Assembly (NCBI RefSeq): GCF_000143415.4
Contig: NW_003314357.1
Span: forward strand, 455,795 to 519,794
Reading direction: 5' to 3'
DNA length: 64,000 nt
Source of the DNA: Selaginella moellendorffii
Lineage: Eukaryota; Plantae; Lycopodiophyta
In this document: positions 13,569-26,259 of the stretch, in pieces
How the letters are laid out: every line of letters starts with the position of its first letter
How positions within the stretch are numbered: position 1 is the first letter of the stretch
Notes under the pieces: model-generated
What the model was told of the DNA's origin: nothing
Database searches by the model: none
The model's input: the letters and a program-made list of their open reading frames with translations, nothing else
Position numbers and translations under genes: made by a program

Positions 13569-14617
13569 TATAGTGCATAAGGTTTTCACGCTTTATTTTA
13601 TGGTGATTTACCATAGGATAACTATAAAGTAGAATCTAAACCCTCCATGTGCCACATGTCACATGCTATATGCCCCAAGGACAGCAGCCTTGGGCCACTA
13701 AACTAAGGAATAGACCTAAACTCTTAAGCATGGAGTGAAGGAGTGAAGGTATCAAAGTATGGTGCAATTCCTAAATGAACCCAAGGAGTGTAGGGACAGC
13801 AATATGGAGTGACTTGGAATAGTCCTAGAGCATTTAACATCCTAATGCCAAGACTAGCACACAAAATGAAGCCAAACAAAGTTTGGCATTATTTTAGCAT
13901 ACTAGTGGTTTAACGTGAGGATATGAATACTCCACCAATTAATATGGTGTGAAATTTGGGCTTAGACCTAAGTCAGATGTACTAAGGATAGGCATGCAAG
14001 CGGAAGCTAAACTATGCCTTAGGTTGGTCGGCCATGCCCGACTTACCTGCCCCCCCCCCTCCCCGCCCCCCTTGAGGAACACACGCTTTGGGCTTTCACC
14101 TTTAGCCACCCTTAGTATTAGGAGTTAGTCTCTGGGACAAATTTGAAACTTACTAAATATTGAATGGCACTAGATTACGAATTTAAACACTATTGTGTTC
14201 AAGACAATCTTTACATTCCGTAAATATGCCAAATAAATAAATCTAGAGACTTTCCATAAATAGCATTTAGGATTGAAAAAAGACTAACATAAAGGGCATA
14301 ATAGTGGGACTATCATCTAAAAATATTGTGGGACTAATCTCAATATTTGAGGGTTCTTATCACTAGCTAGTGCAATATATAACGAGATGGGAATTCCTTA
14401 CTGGGCTAAGTATGTTTAGCTAATAGCACATAAGAATTCCATTCTTATGCTCATCTGGTCTAAGTACACTCAAAATGCTCAGTTAACTCCACTAGCACAA
14501 GAGGGATTGATAAAGGGTCTAGCAATACTGACTGTTTGTTATTGTGCAGTAAGGAAAGAATATCCAAAAGGATTAGCCAATAAGTAACTTTAGATACCTA
14601 AAGTCACATTTGCAACA
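13569..14617 (-). mobile_element. Solo LTR (~1.05 kb) of repeat family 'A'
   Basis: Termini tatagtgca (decayed TGTAGTGCA)...ttgcaaca; flanked by 5-bp TSD CTCAC (13564-13568 and 14618-14622); homologous to 15670-17313, 22518-23060, 48192-48545 and 58789-59540. Confidence 0.85.
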
Positions 14618-15105
14618 CTCACAAAATCCTCTGAGTTAGCATTTAAAGAAATGATGTTCTTCAATAGTAAACACCAACCTACTAGAGTTAGAATTTTCAA
14701 TCCTCAACTTTCCCATCAATATTTGAAAGGCTGTCTAGAAAGTTAAAGAAAATGAAACCTACAACTAGGAGCAAGGGCCTTTGTATCTTTTAGCACTAAT
14801 GGTCAAACTAGCATTATATGTCCATGTTTATGTTGTCTTTTGTGAAAGATATTGGCAATCTACTGTAAGAGCCAATGAAGATATCCACAGTGCCTCAGTG
14901 TGTTATTAAAGAAACAAAATAAACTTATAGAAGAGCTAAATGAATGAAAAATGTAAAATAATATACTATAGTGACTTCAGGCACTTTTGTGGCTTGAGGG
15001 CCAATGTTATTTAAATAACCTCGGTCCCTTAGGCCATAATTGTGCCTAAGGTGGCTGGCCCAATGGCCAAAAACAATTGCTACGAGAAGCTTGGCTGTAT
15101 GCAAA

Positions 15106-15415
15106 NNNNNNNNNNNNNNNNNNNNNNNNNNNNNNNNNNNNNNNNNNNNNNNNNNNNNNNNNNNNNNNNNNNNNNNNNNNNNNNNNNNNNNNNNNNNNNN
15201 NNNNNNNNNNNNNNNNNNNNNNNNNNNNNNNNNNNNNNNNNNNNNNNNNNNNNNNNNNNNNNNNNNNNNNNNNNNNNNNNNNNNNNNNNNNNNNNNNNNN
15301 NNNNNNNNNNNNNNNNNNNNNNNNNNNNNNNNNNNNNNNNNNNNNNNNNNNNNNNNNNNNNNNNNNNNNNNNNNNNNNNNNNNNNNNNNNNNNNNNNNNN
15401 NNNNNNNNNNNNNNN
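15106..15415. other. Assembly gap (310 N)
   Basis: Run of N. Confidence 1.
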
Positions 15416-15670
15416 CGCACCACATGTTGATTGACATCTGGTCCAGTTTGCTCCCGCTGGGCTTGACCCGAGGGGTAGGGTGTCAAGAGAGCGGGGCTCT
15501 CAGCTTCCGTTCACGAGGGTTCAAATATAGAGGGAAAGGGCCCATGAACAAGAGTGCACCCCCTTTTCCAATCGGTTAAGGGTCTTGGGATATTTGGAGT
15601 TAAGCGTCCTTGGGTTTGAATAGTACTAGGCTAGGTGACCTCCCGGGAAGTTCAAACTCAGGAGCTTACA
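15416..15670 (+). mobile_element. Partial Cassandra-like TRIM (internal region plus deleted LTR with 5S segment)
   Basis: Near-identical to parts of 51100-51448; contains GTTAAGCGTCCTTGGG...AGTACTAGGCTAGGTGACCTCCCGGGAAGT and ends GAGCTTACA. Confidence 0.8.
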
Positions 15671-16766
15671 AATAGCAAGAGGTCAGTTTTGTTAAACCCT
15701 TTTTCAATCTCCACTCAAGCTAGTTGAAAAACTAGTTTTTGCGTGTGTAGTTGGCTAGAAGATTATAAGGACAAAATTCCTAAATGTTATTAGTCAAACA
15801 TTTTTGACTTAGTTAGAGAAACTCATTTGTTAACTTGCAATTATTAGTGTTGAGAACCCCCACAATTTTGAGCTTAGTCCCTTAATACTTGCTATGTGGT
15901 AGCTTACCATATCCACCAAGACATTTTTGTTATCATGCTCCTTCTATTGGTTTTATTTAGTCTCAATTGCTATTTATGGAAAATGTTTAAATCTACTAAT
16001 TTGGCATATCTACAGAATGTAGAAATTGCCTTGATCATGATGGTGTTAGTCTCGTGTTTAAATTCACAATCTAATGCCATTCCATATTTAATAAATTTCA
16101 AGCTTTCCCAGAGACTAAAATGTGTGTTCCTTAGGGGGGGGGCGGTAGGGTGGGGTTCCAAATGTATAATAGGGATAGTGGGTAGGTTAGGCATGGCTGA
16201 CCAACCTAAAGCACTATCTAACTTCTACTTGTGTGCCTATCCTTGTTTTGCCTCCCATATCTTTACAATTTAAAGCTTTGTTTTCTCCATAAGTTGGTCT
16301 ATAAAACGAACCAACTTGCAAGTTTAAGCAAGAAAGAAAACATAAGTCAGTGCTATTCTAGCATACTGGTGAACTAACACGAGGATATAAGTATTCCACT
16401 ATCTAACATGGTATAGAATTTAGGCTTAGACCCAAGCTAGACATATTTAGTTCTATTTTGTGTGTTGATCTTGGCATTGGGATGTTGGATACTCTAAAAC
16501 TATTCCAATGTCACTTTGTACTCTTGTTCTTTCATTTCTTGGGCTAAATGCTCAAGGGTCACTTCGTGTTTTATTTCCTTCGTTCCTTGGTTGTTAGCTT
16601 GAGAGTTTGGCTTCATACCTTTATTTAGTGGCCCAAGGCTATAAAACTTAGGTTCCACTCTGCTGTCCTTAGACATGTGGCATAGGTTCTACTTTGTGGT
16701 TATTTTATGGTAAATCACCATAAGATAAAGGGTGAAAAACACGTATGCTATATTTGGTATCAAAAG
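15670..16766 (+). mobile_element. Family A LTR (sense) with PBS
   Basis: Reverse complement of the 13569-14617 type; ends ...tgctata at 16752, followed by TGGTATCAAAAG (16755-16766). Confidence 0.7.
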
Positions 16767-16771
16767 ATGAG

Positions 16772-19700
16772 TATAGCATATATGGCTTTTACTCTTTATT
16801 TTATGGTAATTTACCATAGGATAACTATGAATTGCTACCTAAACCCTCTATGTGCCATGTGTCATATGCCACTTGCCACATGCCATGTATCCAAAGATAG
16901 TAAAGTGGAACCCAAGTTTCGAAGCCACTGAAAGAAGGTATAGAGCCAAACTCCCAAACATAGCAAAGGTGTGAAGGTACTAGAGCACAGAGTGACTATT
17001 GAGTGTTCAACCCAAGGAATAAAGGGACAGGAGCACAGAATAATGTTGAAACAATCTTAGAGCATCCAACATCCCAATGCCAAGATCAACACACAAAATA
17101 GAGCCAAACATAATCTAATGCTATTTCAGTAGCATATTGGTGGTTTAATGCAAGGATATAGGTACTCTATCAACTAGTATAGTGTGAAACTTAAGCTCAG
17201 ACCCAAATCGGATGCAAAACAAGGACAAGCATGCAAGTGGGAGGTAAACTATACCTCAAGTTGGTTGGCTATACTTGATATACCCACAATCCCTACTATT
17301 CATTTGGAACCCTCATAATTAAAATCAACTGTAGCAACAATCTATAGAATAAAATAAATGTTGTAAGACTAATAAACATTTGTTCATACTAACTATTGCA
17401 TTTAGCCAATCTAAATAGATCTTAGTCATTTATACTAAAAAAATCAAGGTGCTTAAGCAAGTGTTAGCAACATTCTACTAATATCTCAAACCCAAGAGAC
17501 CAATCTAGAACAAATCATAAAGAATATGTGGTAATACAAAAAACCATAAGCTATCAAAGAGAATAACTAACCATTATGAAAGATCATCAATCATCCCATT
17601 AATACAAAGATGTATAACCATCATTGAAGAAAGGATTCACCCATCCGAAGAATGACAAATCATTCTATATCAATAATAATCAAGTAAAACTTTTAACAAA
17701 AATAATCAATTATCCTAGATGATAATCAATCATCATCAATGATTGTTAGATATAAATACTAATTTCAACATCAAAGCTAATAAGCTTAAATGCTTTCCTA
17801 ATAACTTTTAACAAATAGAATAATGAGCACAAAACTCAAGGAACTAAAAGTTCCAAGAAGCTTATAGCAAAATTTTGCCAAATAATGATTATGAGTCTTG
17901 CATAAAATAATTTCAATGCTAAAGAAGAAATCATGGTACAACCCATAACATCCTCCTTAATATATCCATAATTCAAACTTCATAATGCTAAAGTTAATAA
18001 AGAGCATATTTGCATCAATCCAAAAGTTAAGCATAATGAAGCTATACTCAACTTCATAACAACCACAAGAAGAATCATCAATGATTGATATATCCAATCC
18101 AAATCTAACAAGGAATCACTAACTTCAATATCAATCATTAAATCTTCCTCTTGTAAAGCTAATATAGTCTATAACTAAATCACATTTCAAGGAAAAGCTA
18201 AAGCTCAACCCCTACTAAATAATCTCGTCTAGAATATAACTAACTCAAACTTGCCACTCAGTTCATTTGAACACCAACATAATTGCTAATTAGCAAATGC
18301 ACAAATGCTAATAACACAAAGCTACAACCAAATCATCAACACTATCTACATTAATTTTAGTGAAACTCAATATCAATCTTATAGAGAGACATTTTATTTC
18401 ACTCAAATTTCAACATTAACAATGTCAATGACAAAGCATCACTTAAATGCCATCAAAAGAAAGCTAAAAGAAAGCAAGAGTGAATTACCACTCAAAGGTC
18501 TTTAGCAACTAAGCTAACCAAAGTCGAAGATACTATACATAGTATTTGCAACCAACAATCAGCTATAGATAACACATCATCAATGAGTGAATCACCACAT
18601 TTAAGACTCAATGTAATCTAACATTATAGACTAAACACCACCAAATGATATTAACAAAGGTAAAGTCGGCACGCTAATATGGAGAAACCATGTAAGTTAA
18701 TGATATAATCCTTTACAACACCATTTGGTAAAACAAATCTATCATTACTAAATTATCATCGAGCAAAGCAAGTGTTAACAGTCCTCGATGAAGTTTATAA
18801 GCAACCACTAGTCGCAAAGCAACTAATAATCACTCTAATTTGCCTTCATAAAACCCAAACACTAAACTCATGTAATTGAGTTATATATTTATCCAATATA
18901 AATGTAATATCCTAAGTACGAGATAAAGGTTCACGGACAAGCATAAACTAAATGACCACTTGAATCCAACTCCTCTTTTTTATATATGGAATAGCGTTGC
19001 TTTGTAGAATTCAATATCCCAAACATTCACATTGGTAGAGATGAGAGGCACTACAATTTATCGCTGAAAAGCAAAATGTTCTAGCAATGCTTTGCTCTAA
19101 GGGTTAGGAGTTGCAAGAGTTGTCCCTTCATACAATATAACCAAACTACACAAAAGAAAGAAAGAAAGGATAATAAAGATAACCACTACTATATGGCATC
19201 CTTTTAGCTCCAATTTTGGGGCTAACCATAATAAGTTTACTAATGCTTCTAGCTAATAACTCTGAGCATGCTTTGAAGAAGCTAACTATGCATAATCAAT
19301 ATTTAGTCAAAACTAAAGTGAAGACCATGAAATAGACTTATATTGGTACAAAATCTCCATATAAACAAAGTTATAATATAGATGCTAACATCTCAACCAC
19401 AAATAACTAAGTGGACATCACAATCCTTAGCTAAGATGCAAGGCTACCAAGACCAAGTCAAGATCAATGAAAGCTCACTACTCTTATAGAGTTTAACGAA
19501 ATGCAAAGTGCAATCTACCACCTAACATAATGCGATAGAAGAAAGGCACAAGAGTTACCTTTTTAAAAATGTGCAACAACCACTTTTCTACACCAACTAT
19601 AGACTCTATTCAACTCAATTGATTTAGCCTCAAAAGTTAACATTTTTTTTGGACTGTATTATACAAATTAAATACTAAGGTCTAACCTAACTAAAGTCAA

Positions 19701-21060
19701 CTCCAACCCTTTTACTAATATGTACTGATTTACAAAAATAGAATGGTTTTCTGCAAAATGATCAACATATCAGCCATTGAAAAAGTATAAAAAATTATAG
19801 AAAATTTTCCATCCTAGAGAAAGAATGACTCTCAATCTAGAAATGTAAACTTTCAAGACCCAATCAACTTCCTCCTACCAACAATTTTATATAGGTTCAC
19901 TACAGCACAAATTCTTATGACCCAAGGGTATACGTAAGTATTAAACATCATGCCTATTTATCTGAATCCAACACTGACATCCACAAAATGCAAAATGAAT
20001 ACCCAAGACTCGATCACAAAGACCACATTTTTAAATATCCATATTACACTAACACTCTTCTTCAGCCACCTTCATAATCCAATGTGAAGCCAAGACATTA
20101 ACAAGAAAAATGATATAAAAAATCAAGCTCTAAGGAAAAACTCTTTATTACTCAAACTAACAATGTCACTTTTATTAACACAAATGCTAGTAATATTAAT
20201 GCCTTAATTTCACACCTTCTCTATCCAACAATTTACTCCAAATACCAATGGATAAGCCAAGAAACCATAGTAGGTGAATGATATAACCCTTTCCAAAACC
20301 TCGATGGGCAAGCTTTAGGAATTAAAGAACCAACTTAAGCGTGGCATAATGAATTACCATTGAGAATTTAGTTAAAGCTACTTTAATGCTACTTCTTGCA
20401 AATAGACTAGCCTATTCATCAACCACTTTGGGGTTGATCATCATTTAACCAAACAACTTTGTAAACACATTGTTTACTATCACATAAATATAATTTAAGT
20501 GTCACAATGACTTGATTATCAATTGAGCAACACCACGAGCAAGCCCACATTATAATTTTAAAAGTTTACTTGAGTATCAAATGGCAACTCTATTCTACAA
20601 AATACAATATAGATGCCACATCCCACCGATAGAGATTTACAACACCCAACACCACTAACTTATGTTCACAACATGGACAAGCATATACCACTCTTTATTT
20701 GACCATACTCAAAACTAATCCAAGACTAAACTACTCAGCGAGCAATAGCAAAATTTCCCAAAAAAGAATTGAGTATTGTAACCCAAGCCTTCCAATAACA
20801 AGCCTAGACAAAATGGTTTAACACTTCATTATTATCCATCCCACGACTCAGCACTTGTAAGACCATCATAACCAATATACATCAAGATAGGGACTCTTAA
20901 TTACATGATGTGAACACAAGTAATGAGTCAACACTTCATTATGAATCACCTCTTTAAGAAAAGAAAATGATTTAACCTTCATCTCTAATGACTCTCTTTT
21001 TATACACAACTTTGACCAAATCTCAAACTTGCTTTAGCACTACCTTAATCCTAGTCTAAA
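16772..21060 (-). mobile_element. Family A element remnant (partial LTR plus decayed non-coding internal region)
   Basis: 16772-17313 is LTR sequence; 17330-20480 aligns by eye with 49460-50790 and 51450-53075. Confidence 0.7.
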
Positions 21061-21126
21061 AAAAGTTTATAAAAGAGAACAACAATATAGAGATCATCCT
21101 AAACATGATAGTGTTGATCCCTAACT

Positions 21127-23060
21127 TGATGTTTTGACTTTGACATTGTTAGAGTTGATATTAGAGTGAGATGAGGTGTTTCTTTATAGGCATATTAAGG
21201 TAGTTGATTTTTCATCTGTAGTGCTTCAAATGATTAGTGATTGGAGCTCATTGAATATTAATATTTTGTTTAACTAGTCATGATGAAAATGTTGTTAATA
21301 GTTTGGTCATACCTTTGTGATATTAACATTTATGCATTTGCTAATTAACAAACCACTGCCTAAGCTTTATCGTTTAACTACCATATTAGTGTTCAAATGA
21401 GATGAGTAGCAAATGGGTTAGTTATGTTTTAAATGAGATTGTTGGGTTGAGCTTTGGTTTTTCCATAACAAGTGATTTGGTTTTTGATTATGCTACCTTT
21501 ACAAAATAATAAGTTAGTCATTAATATTATTAAGCTAACTAAAAAAAAGAAAATTTTCCATTATTAATATTGGTATTTACATCTAGTAATTATTTATGAT
21601 GATTGATCATCATCTTATCCTTATTAGAACATTTATTTGGATGCATTGATTATTGCTAAAACCTGTTCTAATAAATTAGTGATATTTTTTCCTTTCAAAA
21701 ATATATTTATGAGCATTTTGCTTATTCATCAATGAGACTTTGTATCCTTTAAGCTGTCTTTTATAAAAAATTTTACCAACTATTTACAATATTTGATAGT
21801 TTAGCTTTATCATTGAGTTTACTTGATGATATATATTTACTGTTGAATTTTATGAGATAGTTACTCCTATATCTTCCAACTATCATGATCTTAGTGGTTC
21901 TATACTTGTGATTTATTGGATAATAACTTAATTTGAATACTTTTACATTCTAATGTAAGATTTATTCATTGAATAATTTTGTCTCTAACATTGATATTAT
22001 CCACTATATTGATATTGGATTTAGGCTTGTATAAGCACTTCATATGTATGGTGAATTATTTATTCATAAGATAGCTATTGTCAACTAATCCCATTGATCG
22101 GCTCTCTCTCACTATTTCTATTTCCATTAAAAAGGGTGTGATTGTATAACTAACTCTAACTATCATATACAATAGTTTATCTAAACTTACTAATGGGTTT
22201 GGTTTGTTTCTTATAAGGGTTGGGCTTTTGGCTTCTCTTTCTATATCACATGTAAGTAGGGGTATATTATCTTTTGTAAATTGGGTGACTTTCAAAGCAA
22301 AAAGGGTGGTTAACTTTGTTAATCATTCCCTTGTTAATAACAACTAAAAAATGTCTGAATATTAATTTATTCTGTATAATCCTATAACTCATTTAAGTTA
22401 GTGTATTTCTCATAAAGTGTGAACACCATGAACTTTTTCTGGAGTTGTTTTATTGACGGTGGTTTAAACTAGAGTATGCATCGACAAGGACATTAATCTT
22501 TTTAATGAGGGGAGTGTATCTTAAATATGACTATGGGTATTGAAAACTACTTCTTAGGAAGTTCTTTTGGATATTTTTCTTTTATAACCATGATGGTAGG
22601 AGATTAACACTGTTAGTCCCCTTTGTTAATCCCTTTTATTCAAGTGTTTTAGTAAACTAGGGTTTTTATGTGTGCATACTTCTTCTAGCTTTTAGTTTTC
22701 TTTTCTCTATTTTATACTGGTTTAACAAAAATTGTCACATATTGAGCATTAGTCCCTCAATATCACTATATGATAGCTTACCATATCTGTCAAACACCCT
22801 TTCTATCATACTTTATATGTTAATCCTATTTCAATCCTATTAATTATTTATAAAAAGTGTGTAGATCTACTAATTAAGCATATATACAAAATGTATAAAT
22901 TTTCTTAAACACAAATATTCGCATTAAGCTACTAGTATACTACAATAGTATTAAACTCCCTTTGGCTCTATATTGTATACTAGTCTTGGCATTGAGATAC
23001 TAAATGTTTTAGGACTATTCCAATGTCATTCCGTGTTTTTATCTTTTCCCTCCTTGGTTA
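21127..23060 (+). mobile_element. Family A element 3' part (internal region, PPT, LTR), highly decayed
   Basis: Reverse complement of parts of 48200-50640; GAGGGGAG PPT at ~22508, followed by LTR start tgtatc. Confidence 0.6.
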
Positions 23061-23069
23061 TACACTTGA

Positions 23070-23350
23070 GAGTTATTAAAGAGAACAATTTGAGAGATGA
23101 TCCATAAGGTTCAAAAATAAAAGGAAAGAACCAATGAATAAGAGTGCACCCACTTATTTAATAGGTTAAATATGTTAGGATATTTGGGGATAAGCGTCTT
23201 TGGGTTTAAATAGTATTAGGCTAGGTGACTTTTTGGGAAATTTAAATTTAGGAGGTTATATTTGGTATTAGAAAAGTCTCGGATTCGACTATGTTAGTTG
23301 GCTAGGGAAATCACATCACATGCTGAAATTGACATCTAGTAGGTTTAACT
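23070..23350 (+). mobile_element. Decayed Cassandra-like LTR with PBS and start of internal region
   Basis: Aligns to 50810-51125 with many C>T/G>A changes; 5S-like ATAAGCGTCTTTGGG...AGTATTAGGCTAGGTGACT; PBS-like TGGTATTAGA. Confidence 0.7.
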
Positions 23351-24254
23351 TACCTCCAACTTGTAACTGACTAAATTTTCCATTCTACTTTAGTCGTTTA
23401 ACCATACTTTTGACCACTTGGAGGAGTCTCACTCACAACTTCCATAAATCCTATTTCTGACTTGAGGACTTGTTAGCCCTATGAGTAACTTCTAGCACTT
23501 ACACTTAGTCTAAGTGCTCTATATGTTTAATCCCATTATAGGCATCTAAAGGTACACAAATTAGTTCGTTATACTAAGGCTATATCTATTTGCCTTTATC
23601 TTATTAGTAATCCAAGACCACTCATACCACAATCCTATCTCCCAAAGACTAGGTCATCCATTCATGAATGGTCATCCCATAATTATACTTTAGCATCCTT
23701 AAGATATTCAGGGATATAGAGAACATATTTCCCCAATATCCCTTTTTTGGTATTCACCAAGTCCCTCTCCATCCATAGTAGTGCTTTTCAACACTGTCAC
23801 TAGGTTATAGCCTAAAGGCCTAACCATTAACTCCCATTGACATTTAGGACTTCCTTATTACATGATTATACCCTTGATTACTACACAAGTGGTCTGCTCC
23901 TCTTACTTTCCATGATCTGGGACTTTGGGATGACATTTTGAAACATTAAAGCTCTACACAAGTCTTGTGGGTATTCCCCCACCTTTTGCTTTTGAATGCC
24001 TTAGCCATATAGCAAGAGGGAGGTTTTGATAAGCCATATTAGGTATCCAAGTAGGTAGTGCCACCCACACTTGAATTGGGAACATTGGCCATTCGATCTC
24101 CCAAGGGAGCTAAAGCCAAATCTTGAGCACTTTACCAAGTTACCCCACTTATTTATTCATGTTCACTTTAGCCTTGGATTTTTTAGTGGTTATATCATCA
24201 CCCACCACATGTGTTATAATCTGGCACTAATAGACAAAGATTTAATCTTCCTAA

Positions 24255-25705
24255 ATTATGTTACACCTTGTCTTAAGGTTTCTCACCACCCAACCACCCC
24301 CTGAGGTACCTCAAAAGCTCTCTGCTGTGAGCCCTAGGGTACATTAAGTTCCTTACCCTAATATGACTTAATATACCCTTAAGCCTCCTTTTGACTAACA
24401 TTGACCATAGACAACTAACAATTCTTCCCCCCCAACAAAGTCTTGGTCCCAAGGATGAGTTGAACTAGTGATCATCCTTTCTAGGGAACCCTACTCAAGC
24501 TTTTGGTCCATCTTCCATAGTTGTATACATTAAGGAAGCATTGGGCCCTTCACTCCGAGATAATACACTTTTCAATTGGCTGACATAAAATATCAGATGA
24601 ATTTTCACCCCAATTGGCAATTGTACTCGATAAGGCACTTTACCAATGTGCTCTAGCACTTTATATGGACCAGCATATTGATAGGAAAGTTTGTCACTCT
24701 TCCCATTCCATAAAAGCACCAAGGTGTTCTACCCCTCACTTAATGGAAAGATCACTTGTACAAAGATGAAATCACCCACTTTATATTCCTGGAATTGGCA
24801 ATGCTCATTAACAAACTTCTCTATTTTATTTTAAGCTACTTGAAAATTCCATTTGCCCACTATTAAAATCTCATCAAGTTCTGTGGCCAAATTAGTCGCT
24901 TTGAAATCAAGCTTATCTTGAACATCTTTACTCAAATGCAACTCCAACTTCATCACTGTTTGGGATGCCTTTCAAACATGGCAAAGTAAGGACTTTGTTT
25001 AATTCCACTGTGTTGGCTATTGTTGTAAGTAAATTGCACTAACGAAAGATATAAATCCCACTATCTTTGCCTTTGATTAATGCTACAATGTAACATATCC
25101 TCCACCACCTAATTTACATGCTCGATTTGCCCATTTGTCTAAGGATGATCTCCACTCGAAAGTTTTAAAATCACTTGTATAATGAATGCAAAGTTCTTCC
25201 AAAATCCATTAGTGAATTTTGAATCTCAATCACTAATGATGTCCTTTGGCAAACCAAAATTAGGAAAAACCTTCTTAAAGTAGATTACAACAAAATCTAA
25301 GGTAGTGACAGACTTTTGAAAAGCCAACAACCACACATACTTTGTCAATCAATCCACTATAACCCATACTTGCTCCTTTTGCCTCTATGTTTGTGACAAA
25401 TAAATGATGAAATCTATAGAAATATTACACCAACAGTTCTAAGGAATAAGTAAAGGTTACAAAAGTCCCTTTGGTTTCTCCCATGGCACCTTAACCTGCT
25501 GATAGAGCTCGTATGATTTATAATACTTAATGATATCAGCCATCATATTCCTCCAATAAAAATTGTGCTTAATTAACTCATATATCTTTTTCCACCCAAA
25601 ATGGCTAGCCTCTAGATGATCATGATAGTGGAATAAAACTTTAGTAGTTAACATATCCACCTATGGCAAATAGACATGGCCATTGTAGTAAAAAATCCCA
25701 TCCAC
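24255..25705 (-). mobile_element. Second, older copy of the 4319-9155 gypsy family (partial 3' LTR, PPT, integrase)
   Basis: Collinear with 4430-5910; ORF remnants YAGPYKVLEHIGKV and HYHDHLEASHFG. Confidence 0.9.
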
Positions 25706-26259
25706 TAAAAAAAGTTCTATAGTACCTCCTTCTAATGTTCCTCCAGATCAACAAAAGAACTTTAACTCATATACTATTATAAAAAGAAGAAAAAACAATT
25801 TAGACATAATTGAAATGTGTAGGATATTTTCTTGGATCTCCGTTAACCATAGAAGCACTATGGCTTGACCCCAAGCCTCTCCAAAAACTTTAGATGTTGT
25901 GAATAGGATGATCATCAATTCCCAGCCCATGCCCTTTCCTCCTTTCTGTTGTCACAAAATATTTCTAGGCTTATCATAGTGGCTGGACAATCATTTATTC
26001 AGATCCAGAAGAAGAACAAACAGAAATGAGATTTATACATGTTAAAGAAATGGTTGCAAATGCTAACCACTTGCTTTCATAGGCCTTGGCCACAGCACTT
26101 GGCAAATACATATACTATTTACAAGGTAAAAAGCATAAGATTGAAGGAATCAAATATGAAGCTGTGACAATTGCTGAATTTTATGTTAGCCAGGCTAAAG
26201 CCCAGGGCCATGATAGAACTGAAAACCACCGGAAGGGATTAGGGTTTGCAGGGAAATGG

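Noticed and set aside
14925-15579. ORFs containing long X runs
   Set aside because: Artefacts of the N gap
26086-26259. N-terminal extension of the PPR ORF
   Set aside because: TTG start and AT-rich composition; ATG at 26260 after a telo-box is more plausible
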